64,000 nucleotides of DNA from Eledone cirrhosa (Eukaryota). Within the stretch, counting starts at the first letter, position 1; each line of letters starts with the position of its first letter. The notes below the pieces were generated by a model. The model had not been told where the DNA came from and searched no databases. It was given only the letters and a program-made list of their open reading frames with translations. This document shows, one piece after another, positions 40,463 to 52,319 of this stretch. The position numbers were made by a program, and so were the translations under genes. The stretch spans positions 144,646,001 to 144,710,000 of the forward strand of contig OZ024740.1 in the NCBI GenBank assembly GCA_964016885.1. The letters run 5' to 3'.

Positions 40463-40672
40463 GGCACTACAACGCTATTAGCTGTCAGTCGAAGCAGCCG
40501 ATGAAAGCAAAACATCGTTTATTTTCGTATTACTACCACGTGTAAGTGGAGTTACTTAAATGAAATTTTTTTTTTTCACGCGTTTTTTAATTTTTTTTTA
40601 TTAAAGCATATAGATGTAAGTGGAGTTACTTAAATGAAAATATAGGTGGCCCTTAAAAGGGCCAAATTAGAA
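40463..40672 (-). mobile_element. Truncated GGCACTAC-TIR MITE carrying a histone-type stem-loop
   Basis: TIR ggcactacaacgctattagctgtca; reverse complement aligns with ~62665-62907. Confidence 0.8.
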
Positions 40673-40734
40673 TATACCGCTGCGTTTTTACAGTTTTACT
40701 AGTTACACATACACACACACATATATATATATAC

Positions 40735-40817
40735 ACACGGTGTCCCCTCCAAAATATATACACACTTTGATTACTTTGCTGTTGAAGTGTGTATACATTT
40801 TTTGTGGGACACTGTGT
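40735..40817. mobile_element. Tiny Tc1-like MITE/hairpin
   Basis: cacggtgtccc..aaaatatatacacactt / aagtgtgtatacattttt..gggacactgtg. Confidence 0.65.
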
Positions 40818-40818
40818 T

Positions 40819-40857
<39 letters not shown>

Positions 40858-41198
40858 GGAAGGGAGAAATTTTTGGATGCTATACCTGACATAATAAAAA
40901 ACCAAAATACACCCCTAACATTTGTCGGAATATCAATCACGAGAGTAGATAAATAAATATATAAATACATAAATAAGAAATGATAGAAAAGGAAAAGAAC
41001 ATTATGTAATATTCCCAGTCACCCTAAATTTTCCCTAAATTTCAAAACCGGGAGGGGAAAGTCCGAGGGTTAAAATCCCAATGATGGTACCTCAATACTA
41101 GTGTATCCCTTCGCATTACAATTTAAAGCAATACACATGATCGCTTTGATGACTCTTATTCGTTTCTAATTGTCTCGTTTTTTTCTCTTCTTTCTATC

Positions 41199-41251
<53 letters not shown>

Positions 41252-41390
41252 AAAATCTTTCCCTCTATCTATCTCTTTCCCTCTCTATCTTTTGCCATAA
41301 AAACGATAATGATAATCAATTCAATTAAGAAATATATATATATATATATATATATGAAAAGTGTAATTTTCTACACAAAACGAAGGTTAT

Positions 41391-41942
41391 AGAGAAAATT
41401 GAGGTTGGTAATGGCAGATGGAATATATAAGAGACAGAATACTTTTTTGTGAGAAAACATAATTTTATAAGGTAAGGAAATAATAAAGGGTATAAAAAAT
41501 GACCGGTTTCGATGGGTCTGCAAAAGCCATCTTTTCAAATGTTGATTAATATTAAGAAAAATTAATAATACGAAGAGTTAAAATTTGAGACTTGAAAATT
41601 CAAGTATAAAATTCATTGTGGGATTTCATAGCAGTTTTCATCTAGGTAGCAACAACAGGTTGAAAGGGACACAGCAGTCAACCTGTTGTTGCTACCTAGA
41701 TGAAAACTGCTATGAAATCCCACAATGAATTTTATACTTGAATTTTCAAGTCTCAAATTTTAACTCTTCGTATTATTAATTTTTCTTAATATTAATCAAC
41801 ATTTGAAAAGATGGCTTTTGCAGACCCATCGAAACCGGTCATTTTTTATACCCTTTATTATTTCCTTACCTTATAAAATTATGTTTTCTCACAAAAAAGT
41901 ATTCTGTCTCTTATATATTCCATGTGCCATTACCAACCTCAA

Positions 41943-41950
<8 letters not shown>
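41391..41950. repeat. Near-perfect palindrome (273-bp arms, 14-bp spacer), probably inverted PLE pseudo-LTRs
   Basis: 41391-41663 is the reverse complement of 41678-41950 with one visible mismatch. Confidence 0.95.
41798..41845 (+). ncRNA. Minimal type I hammerhead ribozyme, U3-A8 core variant (mirror copy 41496-41543, minus)
   Basis: aacat TTGAAAA gatgg-cttttgcagac-ccatc GAAA CCGG TC atttt; palindromic stem III, GUC triplet. Confidence 0.65.
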
Positions 41951-42032
<82 letters not shown>

Positions 42033-42194
42033 ATTATTATTATTAATAATAATTTATTAAAATTAAATACCATTTATTCTGCGGCAGACAGCTTCATCTT
42101 CCCAGAATCGTAGTACTGGTCGTTATTGTATGTGTGTGTTTGTGCGTATATATATATATATGTGGTGTATATACGCATTCACATATTTAGAGGT

Positions 42195-42332
42195 AATATC
42201 ACGTGAACACAATCACGTGACAAATCACATTATTCTTTCAAAAGGAAAAGTTTGGCGCCATTTTTCTCCAGGGAATAGCGCGTCAACAAACGCAAGAGAA
42301 AAGAAGAAGCAAAAGATAAGAAAATGGTAAAT
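42195..42332 (+). promoter_or_regulatory. Putative promoter and ATG-only first exon
   Basis: TCACGTGA (42199) and TCACGTGAC (42213), YY1-like GGCGCCATTTTT (42254), AAAATG|gtaaat at 42324-42332. Confidence 0.45.
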
Positions 42333-42761
42333 AATATCAGTTTCCATTTATTAATATATTGTATATATATGTATGTATGTATGTATATATATATATATAT
42401 ACTTCGCAGACCAGACCCCTTCTTCCTCCCGTTAGACCTGTGCGAAATTCCTTCCCTGCTCACATTTCAACCAGGTTTGATGGTCTTTATTCTCTCGTTC
42501 ACGATTTCACCGAACTTAAATTCATAGAAATCTGGGACTTGTCTCTTTCTTCCTCACTTTCTGTTGCTTCACCATTTTGTTTGTTTACCCTCGCGTCCCT
42601 TTTATTTACGTGTCCCAACGACTTTTTTTAGCCGTTGCTCGCACCAACCGGAGGTATATGGTCTTTAAAGCGATGAAATGCCTATGATGGTTGGAATATC
42701 ACTGATGAAGGACAAACTTTTTTCATATGTAACCCATTTGCAACTCCGCAGCGCCCTTATT

Positions 42762-42814
<53 letters not shown>

Positions 42815-42817
<3 letters not shown>

Positions 42818-44850
42818 GAGAATCTAAATTATGTTAATTTTAAATCTAACCACCCCACTAACATTAAAAATGCTATAGTTAATAATATTGGAAAAAGAAT
42901 ATCAAACCTATCATCTAATAAAAATATAATTGATGCTAACGCCAATTACTATAATAATGCGCTTTCTAAAGCCGGTTATCCTGATAAAATCAAATACAGT
43001 AAAGAAACCAATCCTAGAAGATCTTACAGTAAAATAATTAATTATGATCATTCCAATAACATAAATAAAAGACCTAGATACAAAAATATAATCTGGTATA
43101 ATGCTCCTTTCTATATTTCTATTAATAATAATATTCCAAAATTATTCTTTAGTGCCTTAAATAAATGCTTCCCTCCCTCACATATCTATAGTAAAATATT
43201 TAACAAACATATAATAACATTTTCCTATTCCACCTCTTCCAACATCTCCAACATTATCTCTAAACACAACAATAAAATATTAAATACTAAATCACTTCCT
43301 TCCAACACTGAATGTCATAATAATAGCAGTAGTACTCCCGACGTCATTGTTAACTCTAGGCTAGTTTCTGCAAACTCAAATACGACGTCAAACGTAACTT
43401 CGTCAAATGTTCTTAATCCCAATCTAAATCAGGAAACTATTATTCCTATCGTAAATAACTTCTCCAATCCAATTCCTCCTATAGATAACACTAGGTTAAT
43501 AACTCTGTTAATTTCTCTAATCGCAATTGTAATTGCCCTGTTAAAAATAAATGTCCTCTCAACAACCATTGTCTTGAAAAAAAACTTAGTTGTTGAAGAA
43601 TATATGAAACTTAGATGTTGAAGAATATATGAAAGAACTGCTTGATTCTTCTGACTCCCAAGTACAGATATTTCTAAATCATTTACTTAAAGAATGGAAG
43701 ACACCTGTGATAAAACAACTTGTCAACTCTAAACAGTCGACCAAACAAACCAGTGCCAGTAATTCTAATAATCAACAAAAAACTCAGACACTACCATCTA
43801 AACTTTCCAACAATACAGAACCTTCCAAAAATATACCCATCTTTCTACCTTATTTCAATATTATTTATTATACATTATATAATACTAGTTACTCATTCTA
43901 TATCATTCCTATTTATCACTTTCCTTTCTTCCTCTTTTCTTTTAATTTCTAACCTCTAATCTGTACTTTTTCTTCCTAACTACTTCTCAATTCTTATTAT
44001 TACTCACCACAACATATCCACTCTTCCATCTTTTTTCATATCATTGGCCATAAAAATTATTATTACCTTTTAAATACTTTATAGCATTACCTTTAAAAAT
44101 CCTTCGTAAACATAAACATTTTTTTGACGTTAGATTATTCCTCCTCAGTTCATTATATTTTTCTCCCTTTCATGCTCGTCTGACTTTTACATATCACACA
44201 TCACAATACATAAAAACAAACTTAAACCCTAACTAATCTCCTTTATTACATTATATTATTACCATTAGAAAATACTTCATAAACATATATATTTTGATGT
44301 TAGAGTCTTCTCTTCCTTAAACACTATTTTCTTCTTTGCTTTCTGCGCTCATTTGTAAATGAACAATAATAATTCTTAGGGGTATAAAAACCCTAGAAAA
44401 TGCTATTTTCATCATTTCTAAAAATAGCAAAACAATTGATGCTTTGAATAGGGCCAAATAGAAGTCGTTAGACATGCCCAACCAACCGTGATGCCTAAAC
44501 CAATCAGCTTCAGTAATCCAGTGAAACTACACACCGATTGGTCGAAATACAGTTTGCAAAATATAGCATTCTGTAGCCGCTTTTCACTGTATATAAAGGC
44601 ACAAAATTTACCCATCTCATTACAGTTGAAAATTGTAAACTTGACTGTCACCACAGAATATGAACCTGAAGATTGCGAAAGCATGAAATTACTTGTTCAA
44701 TTAACACTTAACACTCTACCATACCATTTCATTCTAATACCATTATAATTTTAAAGGATTGTAAATAAAACGAGTAAATCAGACAAAGTTGGAATTCCTT
44801 TTATTAATATAATCTTCTATACACAATCATACACACCCGTTTATATTTTT
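42815..44850 (+). mobile_element. Penelope-like element fragment (RT thumb/linker, deleted endonuclease, 3' UTR)
   Basis: YVNFKSNHP..RISNLSS..YNNALSKAGY..KNIIWYNAPF..KIFNK..FSYS..CNCPVKNKCPLNNHCL; between (TA)n tracts. Confidence 0.88.
44661..44699 (+). ncRNA. Minimal type I hammerhead-like motif in PLE 3' UTR
   Basis: tgaac CTGAAGA t-tgc-gaaa-gca-t GAAA ttac TT gttca; stem I 5 bp, stem II with GAAA tetraloop, stem III imperfect. Confidence 0.55.
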
Positions 44851-44851
44851 T

Positions 44852-44926
<75 letters not shown>

Positions 44927-45159
44927 CTTTTAAGCTATTTTGTAGTATCTCTGTTCAGGAACACACCACTTATATTAAATTTATCTCCCTGGAGCTTTGT
45001 AAAAGTCTGAGAGATTGGCTACATATCACACATCACAATACATAAAAACAAACTTAAACCCTAACTAATCTCCTTTATATATATATATTTTTGTTTAGAT
45101 GGAAGACAAAACAAAGAAGATGAATACAAAGATGAAGAAGAGAAAGATAAAGATGAAGA

Positions 45160-45560
45160 ACCTCACTGCACCGCACCGCACAATACCGCACTGCACAACA
45201 CCACACTGCACCACACCACATCGCAGTGCACCGCACCACACCACATAAAAACATACAACACTACACCACATAACACAACACAACACACCACTCCTCACTA
45301 CTCCACTCCACATAAAAACACACCACAACACACCACTCCTCACTACAACACACCACACTACTCCATACCGCAACACAACACACCACTCCTCACTACATCA
45401 CACCACATAAAAACACACCTCACTACATCACACCACACTACTCCACACCACATAACACCACAACACAACACACCACACTACATCACACCACATAAAAACA
45501 CACCACACTACTCCACTCCACATAAAAACACACCACACTACTCCATACCACATAACACCA
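45160..45560. repeat. Degenerate (CACCA/CACTA)n pentamer tract; similar tracts at ~46687-46990, ~48295-48502, ~52310-52470
   Basis: Directly visible. Confidence 0.85.
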
Positions 45561-46686
45561 AAAATTTTTTCCTCATCTTTTTTTCATGCGTTATCAACTA
45601 ATCTGATCTCCAAGATGTTTGTTATTGACTCTCTCTTCATGGAAAACTTAGGTGGATGCACTTCTCTCATTTAACCCCAGAGTTTTCTTTAAGATTTTTC
45701 GTATGTTATCAACGAATATGACCTCCAAACCAGTTGGAAATGATTAGTTGTTCTAGAAAAAAGGAGGGGTAAAGCGGGTGGAAAAACCATTGTCGTTTTG
45801 TAGATATATACCCTAATGATTTTTCTTCGGTCTCCATTTGAGTGCTATCAACTAATCTGACCTTTTAGTTGCTCTGAATCAATTTTTTTTCCCTGGGATT
45901 TGGAAACTAAAACTAAATTAAACATAAAATTAAATCTAGCCCCAACCCTAAACTCTAAATCTAAACCAAACCAAACTAAATCTAAATATAAACATTACCT
46001 CAACCCTTAAACTAAACCCTAAACTATACCCCAACCATAAAACTAAACCCTAAACATTACCCCAACCCTAAAACTAAACCCTAAACTTTACCCCAAACCT
46101 AAAACTAAACCCTAAACTTTACCCCAACCCTAAAACTAAACCCTAAACTTTACCCCAACCCTAAAACTAAACCCTAAACTTTACCCCAACCCTAAAACTA
46201 AACCCTAAACATTACCCCAACCCTAAACCTAACCCAGGGAAATAAGTTGATTGGAAGCATCTAGGAGGTCAGATTAATTAATAGCACAGGAAATAGCACA
46301 GGAAATAGCACAGGAAATAGCACAGGAAATAGCATAGGAAATAGCATAGGAAATAGCACAGGAAATAGCACAGGAAATTAATAGCACAGGAAATATACCG
46401 AAAATGATTAAGTCCCACAACATATAAGTGGGGTGTAGATCTGCAAAACTCTTCCCTTCTCCCTCTCCTCTTTCTCCAAAGCTAGTTGTTTTTGACTGGT
46501 TTGGAAGTCATATTCACTGATTACGCATGAAAATAGAATCAAAGAGAAAATTCCGAGTAAGCAGGGATTATCCGGGTGAAAGGGGAACCACCTCACCCCG
46601 CCGTTTTCCTGGGGGGGAAAGTCAGTTTCAAGCATCTTGGAGATTGGATTAGTTGATAGCACATGAAAAATAGGATGAAAAAATTT
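45561..46686. mobile_element. Foldback module: long imperfect inverted arms around a telomere-like array
   Basis: ~45561-45898 pairs with ~46233-46686 through repeated TATCAACTAATCTGACCTCCAA-like motifs; 12-bp tandem aggaaatagcac at ~46280-46395. Confidence 0.7.
45905..46234. repeat. Telomere-like (CCCTAA-variant) array with a 31-bp higher-order unit
   Basis: taaaactaaaccctaaactttaccccaaccc repeated. Confidence 0.85.
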
Positions 46687-47016
46687 CACATCACACCACA
46701 TCAAATCACTCCGCACGCCATCGCATCACACCACGTTTCGTCTCGTCTCGTCTCGCCTCATTTCACCACGCCACGCCACATTTCACTATGCCACATCACA
46801 TTTCACCACGCCACGCCACATCACATCACATTTCACCACGCCACGCCACATGCCATCACACCACATGCTACCACTCCACCACACTCCACTACACCACACC
46901 ACTGTCCACTACACTAAACCACACTCCACTACACTACACCACACCACTGTCCACTGCACTAAACCACACCATACTATACTACACCACTGTCTATTCGACT
47001 GTTTTCTATTTCGTAG

Positions 47017-48250
47017 GTATGTCCAGTTACAGTAAGAGAAAGAAAGTTATTTCAAAGGATCTGAGTAAGTAAACACTTCATTGACCATCATTTTAAGCAG
47101 AATCTCAGTGTAGTTTTAAATTGACCTTTTCATATGATTACACCTCAGTCTTAACTTAATCACCTGTAGATGGATGCTACATGTAATGTTAAAATTAGTT
47201 AAACACTGTTTCCCCCTTCTCATCACATGTGGATGCTACATGTGTATTGTTAACATTAATCTAACGTTGTGTCCTCCCCCCCGTCTCACCATATCATACC
47301 ACACCACATCACACCATGTTGTACCACACCAGACCACATAACACCATGCTATACCATATATATATGAGCTCCCCACTCGTTATATTAACTGTATCTCCTC
47401 GGTCTTAACTTAATCACCTGTAAATGTAATGTTAAAATTAATTAAACACTGTTTCCCCCTTCTCATCACATCTGGATGCTACATGTGTATTGTTAACATT
47501 AATCTAACGTTGTGCCCCCCCCTCCCCCCGCCTCACTATATCATACCACACCACATCACACCATGTTGTACCACACCAGACCACATAACACCATGCTATA
47601 CTATATATATATATATATGAGCTCCCCACTCGTTATATTAACTGTATCTCCTCGGTGTTTCGTGAAAGTCTGAGAGATCAGCTATATATTCGTTTACAAT
47701 TTTTTTTAATATTTAGATGGAAAAGAAGAAAAAGACGACGAAGCAGACGACTAAAATGAAAATGACAACAAAGACAAAGAAGACACGGGAAACGAAGATG
47801 ACGAAAAGAAGAAGAAAGTATGATCTCAGTTCAGTGTAAACCTAATGATTTATAGATATGATCTTAGTTCAGTCTTAACCTAATGACCTGTAGATACGAT
47901 CTATTTAGGTTTAACTTAAACATTCAAAGATATTTGTATATACTTTTGTTGATGTTTGACATTGTTTTTTAGTTATGAAATAGCTTATAAGCTACATTAT
48001 AGGATCACAGTGCATGAGCACACTGTTCTTTAAATTAACTTTATCTCCTCAGCACTTTGTAAAGTCTGAGAGATAGGCAACATATATGTTTTACATTCTT
48101 TGTTTTTGGTATTTAGATGGCAGAGGAGAAGATAAAGGCACAGAAGAAGTCAAAGGCACAGAAGAAGTCAAAGGCACAGAAGAAGTCAAAGGCACAGAAG
48201 CAGTCAAAGGCACAGAAGAAGACAAAGAAAATGAACAAGAAGAACAATTA
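47017..48250 (+). pseudogene. Possible spliced mini-gene or pseudogene for a small basic/acidic protein
   Basis: Exon-like 47017-47064 (cgtag|..|gtaagt; MSSYSKRKKVISKDL) joins in phase to 47717-47817 (acidic, in-frame TAA); third acceptor at 48117. Confidence 0.35.
47143..47657. repeat. ~260-bp tandem duplication
   Basis: gtcttaacttaatcacctgta..gagctccccactcgttatattaactgtatctcctcggt twice. Confidence 0.88.
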
Positions 48251-48540
48251 TTATTACTATTATTATGTTATTATTTGTATTATTATAATCAAACTAAGCC
48301 ACACTACATCAACCTATACCATACCACACCACACTGACAAACATTATACCATACCACATTATCCAACACCACACTATGAAACACTGTACGACCTCACATC
48401 AGACCATGCTATGAAACAATATACCATACTACACTATACAACAATAGACAACACCACACAAGACTATGAAACACTATACTTTACCACACTATATCACACC
48501 ACTCGAGTTAGAGAGGATCAACTTTTTTCCTGGAAAGTAG

Positions 48541-51500
48541 AAAACCTAACTTTAAGCTAAAACCGAACTTTAAAAATAACACTTACCCTAACACTTGCAC
48601 TCACACATGCTCTAACAGTGAACTTAGCGCTAACATGAAAACTAACACAAACACAAAATCTGAAAACTAACATTAAATAGAAAACTAACACAAACACTAA
48701 CACTAAAACTGACACTAACACTAACCTGAACACCAGCACTAAAACTAACACTACTGTAAACACTAATACAAACACTAACACTAACCTGAACACTTACACT
48801 AAAACTAACATTAGCACAAACATTAGCCTGAACACTAGCACTAAAACTAACACTACCATAAACATTAACTCTGACCTGAGCACTAACACTAAAAGTAACA
48901 CTAACTCTAACCTGAAAACTAAGCTAACATTAACCTGAACACTAACATAAACACTAATGCTAACACTAACAGAAATACTAATGCTGACATTAACATAAAA
49001 ACAAAGACTAACGCTAACACAATCACTAACACTAATGGAAACATCAAACACTAATGCTAACAGAGATACTAACACAAATATTAACACTAAAACTAACATT
49101 AACACTAACATAACTTGAACACTAACACTAACCTGAACACTTACACTAAAACTAACATTAACCTAAACACTAGCACTAAAACTAACACTACCATAAACAG
49201 TAACACAAACACTAACACTGCTCTGAGCACTAACAGTAACACTAACACTACCATAAAAACTAACACTAAAAAAACACTAACACTAACCTGAACACTAACA
49301 CTAAAACTAACACGAAAACTGATACTAACCAGAAAACTAAGCTAACATTAACCTCAACACTAAAACAAACACTAACATTAACAGAAAAACAAAGACTAGC
49401 ACTAACACTAATGGAAACACTAACACAAACACTAACACTAAAACTGACACTAACACTAACCTGAACACCAGCACTAAAACTAACACTACTGTAAACACTA
49501 ATACAAACACTAACACTAACCTGAACACTTACACTAAAACTAACATTAGCACAAACATTAGCCTGAACACTAGCACTAAAACTAACACTACCATAAACAT
49601 TAACTCTGACCTGAGCACTAACACTAAAAGTAACACTAACTCTAACCTGAAAACTAAGCTAACATTAACCTGAACACTAACATAAACACTAATGCTAACA
49701 CTAACAGAAATACTAATGCTGACATTAACATAAAAACAAAGACTAACGCTAACACAATCACTAACACTAATGGAAACATCAAACACTAATGCTAACAGAG
49801 ATACTAACACAAATATTAACACTAAAACTAACATTAACACTAACATAACTTGAACACTAACACTAACCTGAACACTTACACTAAAACTAACATTAACCTA
49901 AACACTAGCACTAAAACTAACACTACCATAAACAGTAACACAAACACTAACACTGATCTGAGCACTAACAGTAACACTAACACTAAAAAAACACTAACAC
50001 TAACCTGAACACTAACACTAAAACTAACACGAAAACTGATACTAACCAGAAAACTAAGCTAACATTAACCTCAACACTAAAACAAACACTAACATTAACA
50101 GAAAAACAAAGACTAGCACTAACACTAATGGAAACACTAACACAAAATAAAACACTAACACTACTGTAAACACTAACACTAAAACTGACATTAATACGAA
50201 CATTAACCTGAACACTAACACTACCATAAACCACTAACCTGAGCACTAACACTAAAAGTAACATGAGCCCTAACCTGAAAACTAACACTAACCAGAAAAC
50301 TAAGTCAACATTAACCTGAACACTAACACTAACACTAACAAAAATGCTAACACTAACAAAAATGCTAACACTAATACGAAATCAAACACTAATACGAACA
50401 CTAATGGAAACACTAACGCCAAAGCTGACACTGACGAAGATGGCTATGCTGGCACAAACGCTAGCGCAAATGTTGACACAATCGCTTACGCTGACACAAA
50501 CACTAACGTGAATACTGATGCAGGTGCAAAGGCGAATGCTGACAAAGACTCTGACGCACACGCTGATGTAAATGCTACACAGACTCTAACGCTGACGTGG
50601 ACACTGACACAAATGCTCACGCTGATGTAAACACTAAAGCAAATGCAGACACTAATGCAAACACAGACGCAAATGTTGATGCAGATGTTAAAGCAAACGC
50701 AAATGATGACAGCGATGCTAATGTGAACCTTAACGCAGACGTAAACATTGACGTAGAAGCTAAAGGAAACACTGATGCAAACACTAATGAAAATGCTGAC
50801 ACAGACGCTAACACACGTTAACACAGATGCTAACGTAAACACTGATGCAGATCTTAATATAAACACTGACGCAGACGCTAACACAAACGCTGACAGATGC
50901 TAACACACGTTGACACAGACGCTAACGTAAACGATGACATAGAAGCTAACTTAAACGCTGACACAGACGCAAATGTAAACGCTGACGCTGATGTAGATGT
51001 AAATACAGACGCTGACGTAGAAGCTAACACAAACGCTGACACAGACACTAATGTAAGCGCTGACGTAGAAGCTAATGTAGATGCTGACGTAGAAGCTAAC
51101 GTAAACGATGACGTAGATGTTAACGTAGACGCTGACGTAGAAGCTAACGTAGATGCTGACGTAGAAGCTAACGTAAACGCTGACATAGACGCTAACAAAA
51201 CGCTGACGTAGTTGTTAACGTAGAAGCAGGCGTAAAAATTAGTGTTTACCCTTATCGCCGAAGCTGATCTCCAAAACGTAATTGCTGATACGGATTGCCA
51301 AAGCTAACGCGGACGCAAATGTTGAGGCAGTTTTGCCGGCGCTGACGTGTATGCTGACGCTAACGCAAATGCTGATGCGGACGCTAGGGCTAAGGCTAAC
51401 GCTAACGCTGACGCAAATGCTGAAGTTAACGCTTACATGGGATATGCAGACGCTGCAGTGATGCGGACGCCACAGGAAAGGTTAATGGAAACGCTAATGC

Positions 51501-52200
51501 TAACGGAAAACGCTGACGCAGACGTTACGGAAACGCTGACGTAGAAGCTAATGGAAACACTGACACAGACGTTAACGGAAATGCTGACAAAGACGTTAAA
51601 GGAAACGCTGTCGCAAACGCTAATGCTAATGTGAATGCTGATGCAGATGCTGACGCAAATGCTAACCCCTACATAAATGCAAACGCTGACTCAAACACTA
51701 ATGCAAATGCTGACGTGTACGCTGATGCAAACGCTGACACTGAGGGAAATGCTGACACTGACACAAGTGCTGACGCGGACGCTAATGATAATGCTGACTC
51801 AGAAGCTGATGTAGACGCAGGCACTGAAACAAACACTAATGCTAACACTAATGTTGACTCAGACGCTAAGGGAAATGCTGACACAATCACTATCACCAAT
51901 GCAGACGCTGACGCAAATGCTGACATAGATGCTGACACTTACGCAAACACTAAGGCTAATCCAAACACTAACGCAGATGCTAACACCAGTCTACATAGAC
52001 ACTAACACAAAAGCTTACATAGACGCTTATACAAATGCTAACGCTGAGGCAGACAGTAACGCAAACAGTAACTGTAAGAGTAACAGTTACAGTAACACTA
52101 CCAGTGACAGTAATGCTAACAGTAACACCGTCACTAACAATAAACTTACCATTAACAGTAAAACTTACCCTAACACTAACCCTAAATCTAACATTAATCC
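48541..52200. repeat. 3.7-kb degenerate hexamer array (AACACT grading to GACGCT/AACGCT) with an internal 735-bp duplication
   Basis: 6-nt periodicity throughout; identical ORFs 48794-49111 and 49529-49846 are offset by 735 bp. Confidence 0.9.
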
Positions 52201-52319
52201 AGAGAAAAAAGTCATTTGCAATCACATTTAAGGTCACTCTTTAAGATATAGAAGATAGGCATTACATTTTAATGATTTTAATTTAAAGAGAATCACGCTA
52301 TACGATGCAACACAATAAC

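Noticed and set aside
42695-42730. CTGATGAAG motif
   Set aside because: No stem II or GAAA follows.
48557-50288. Hydrophobic LVLV ORFs resembling membrane proteins
   Set aside because: Antisense translation of the hexamer array.
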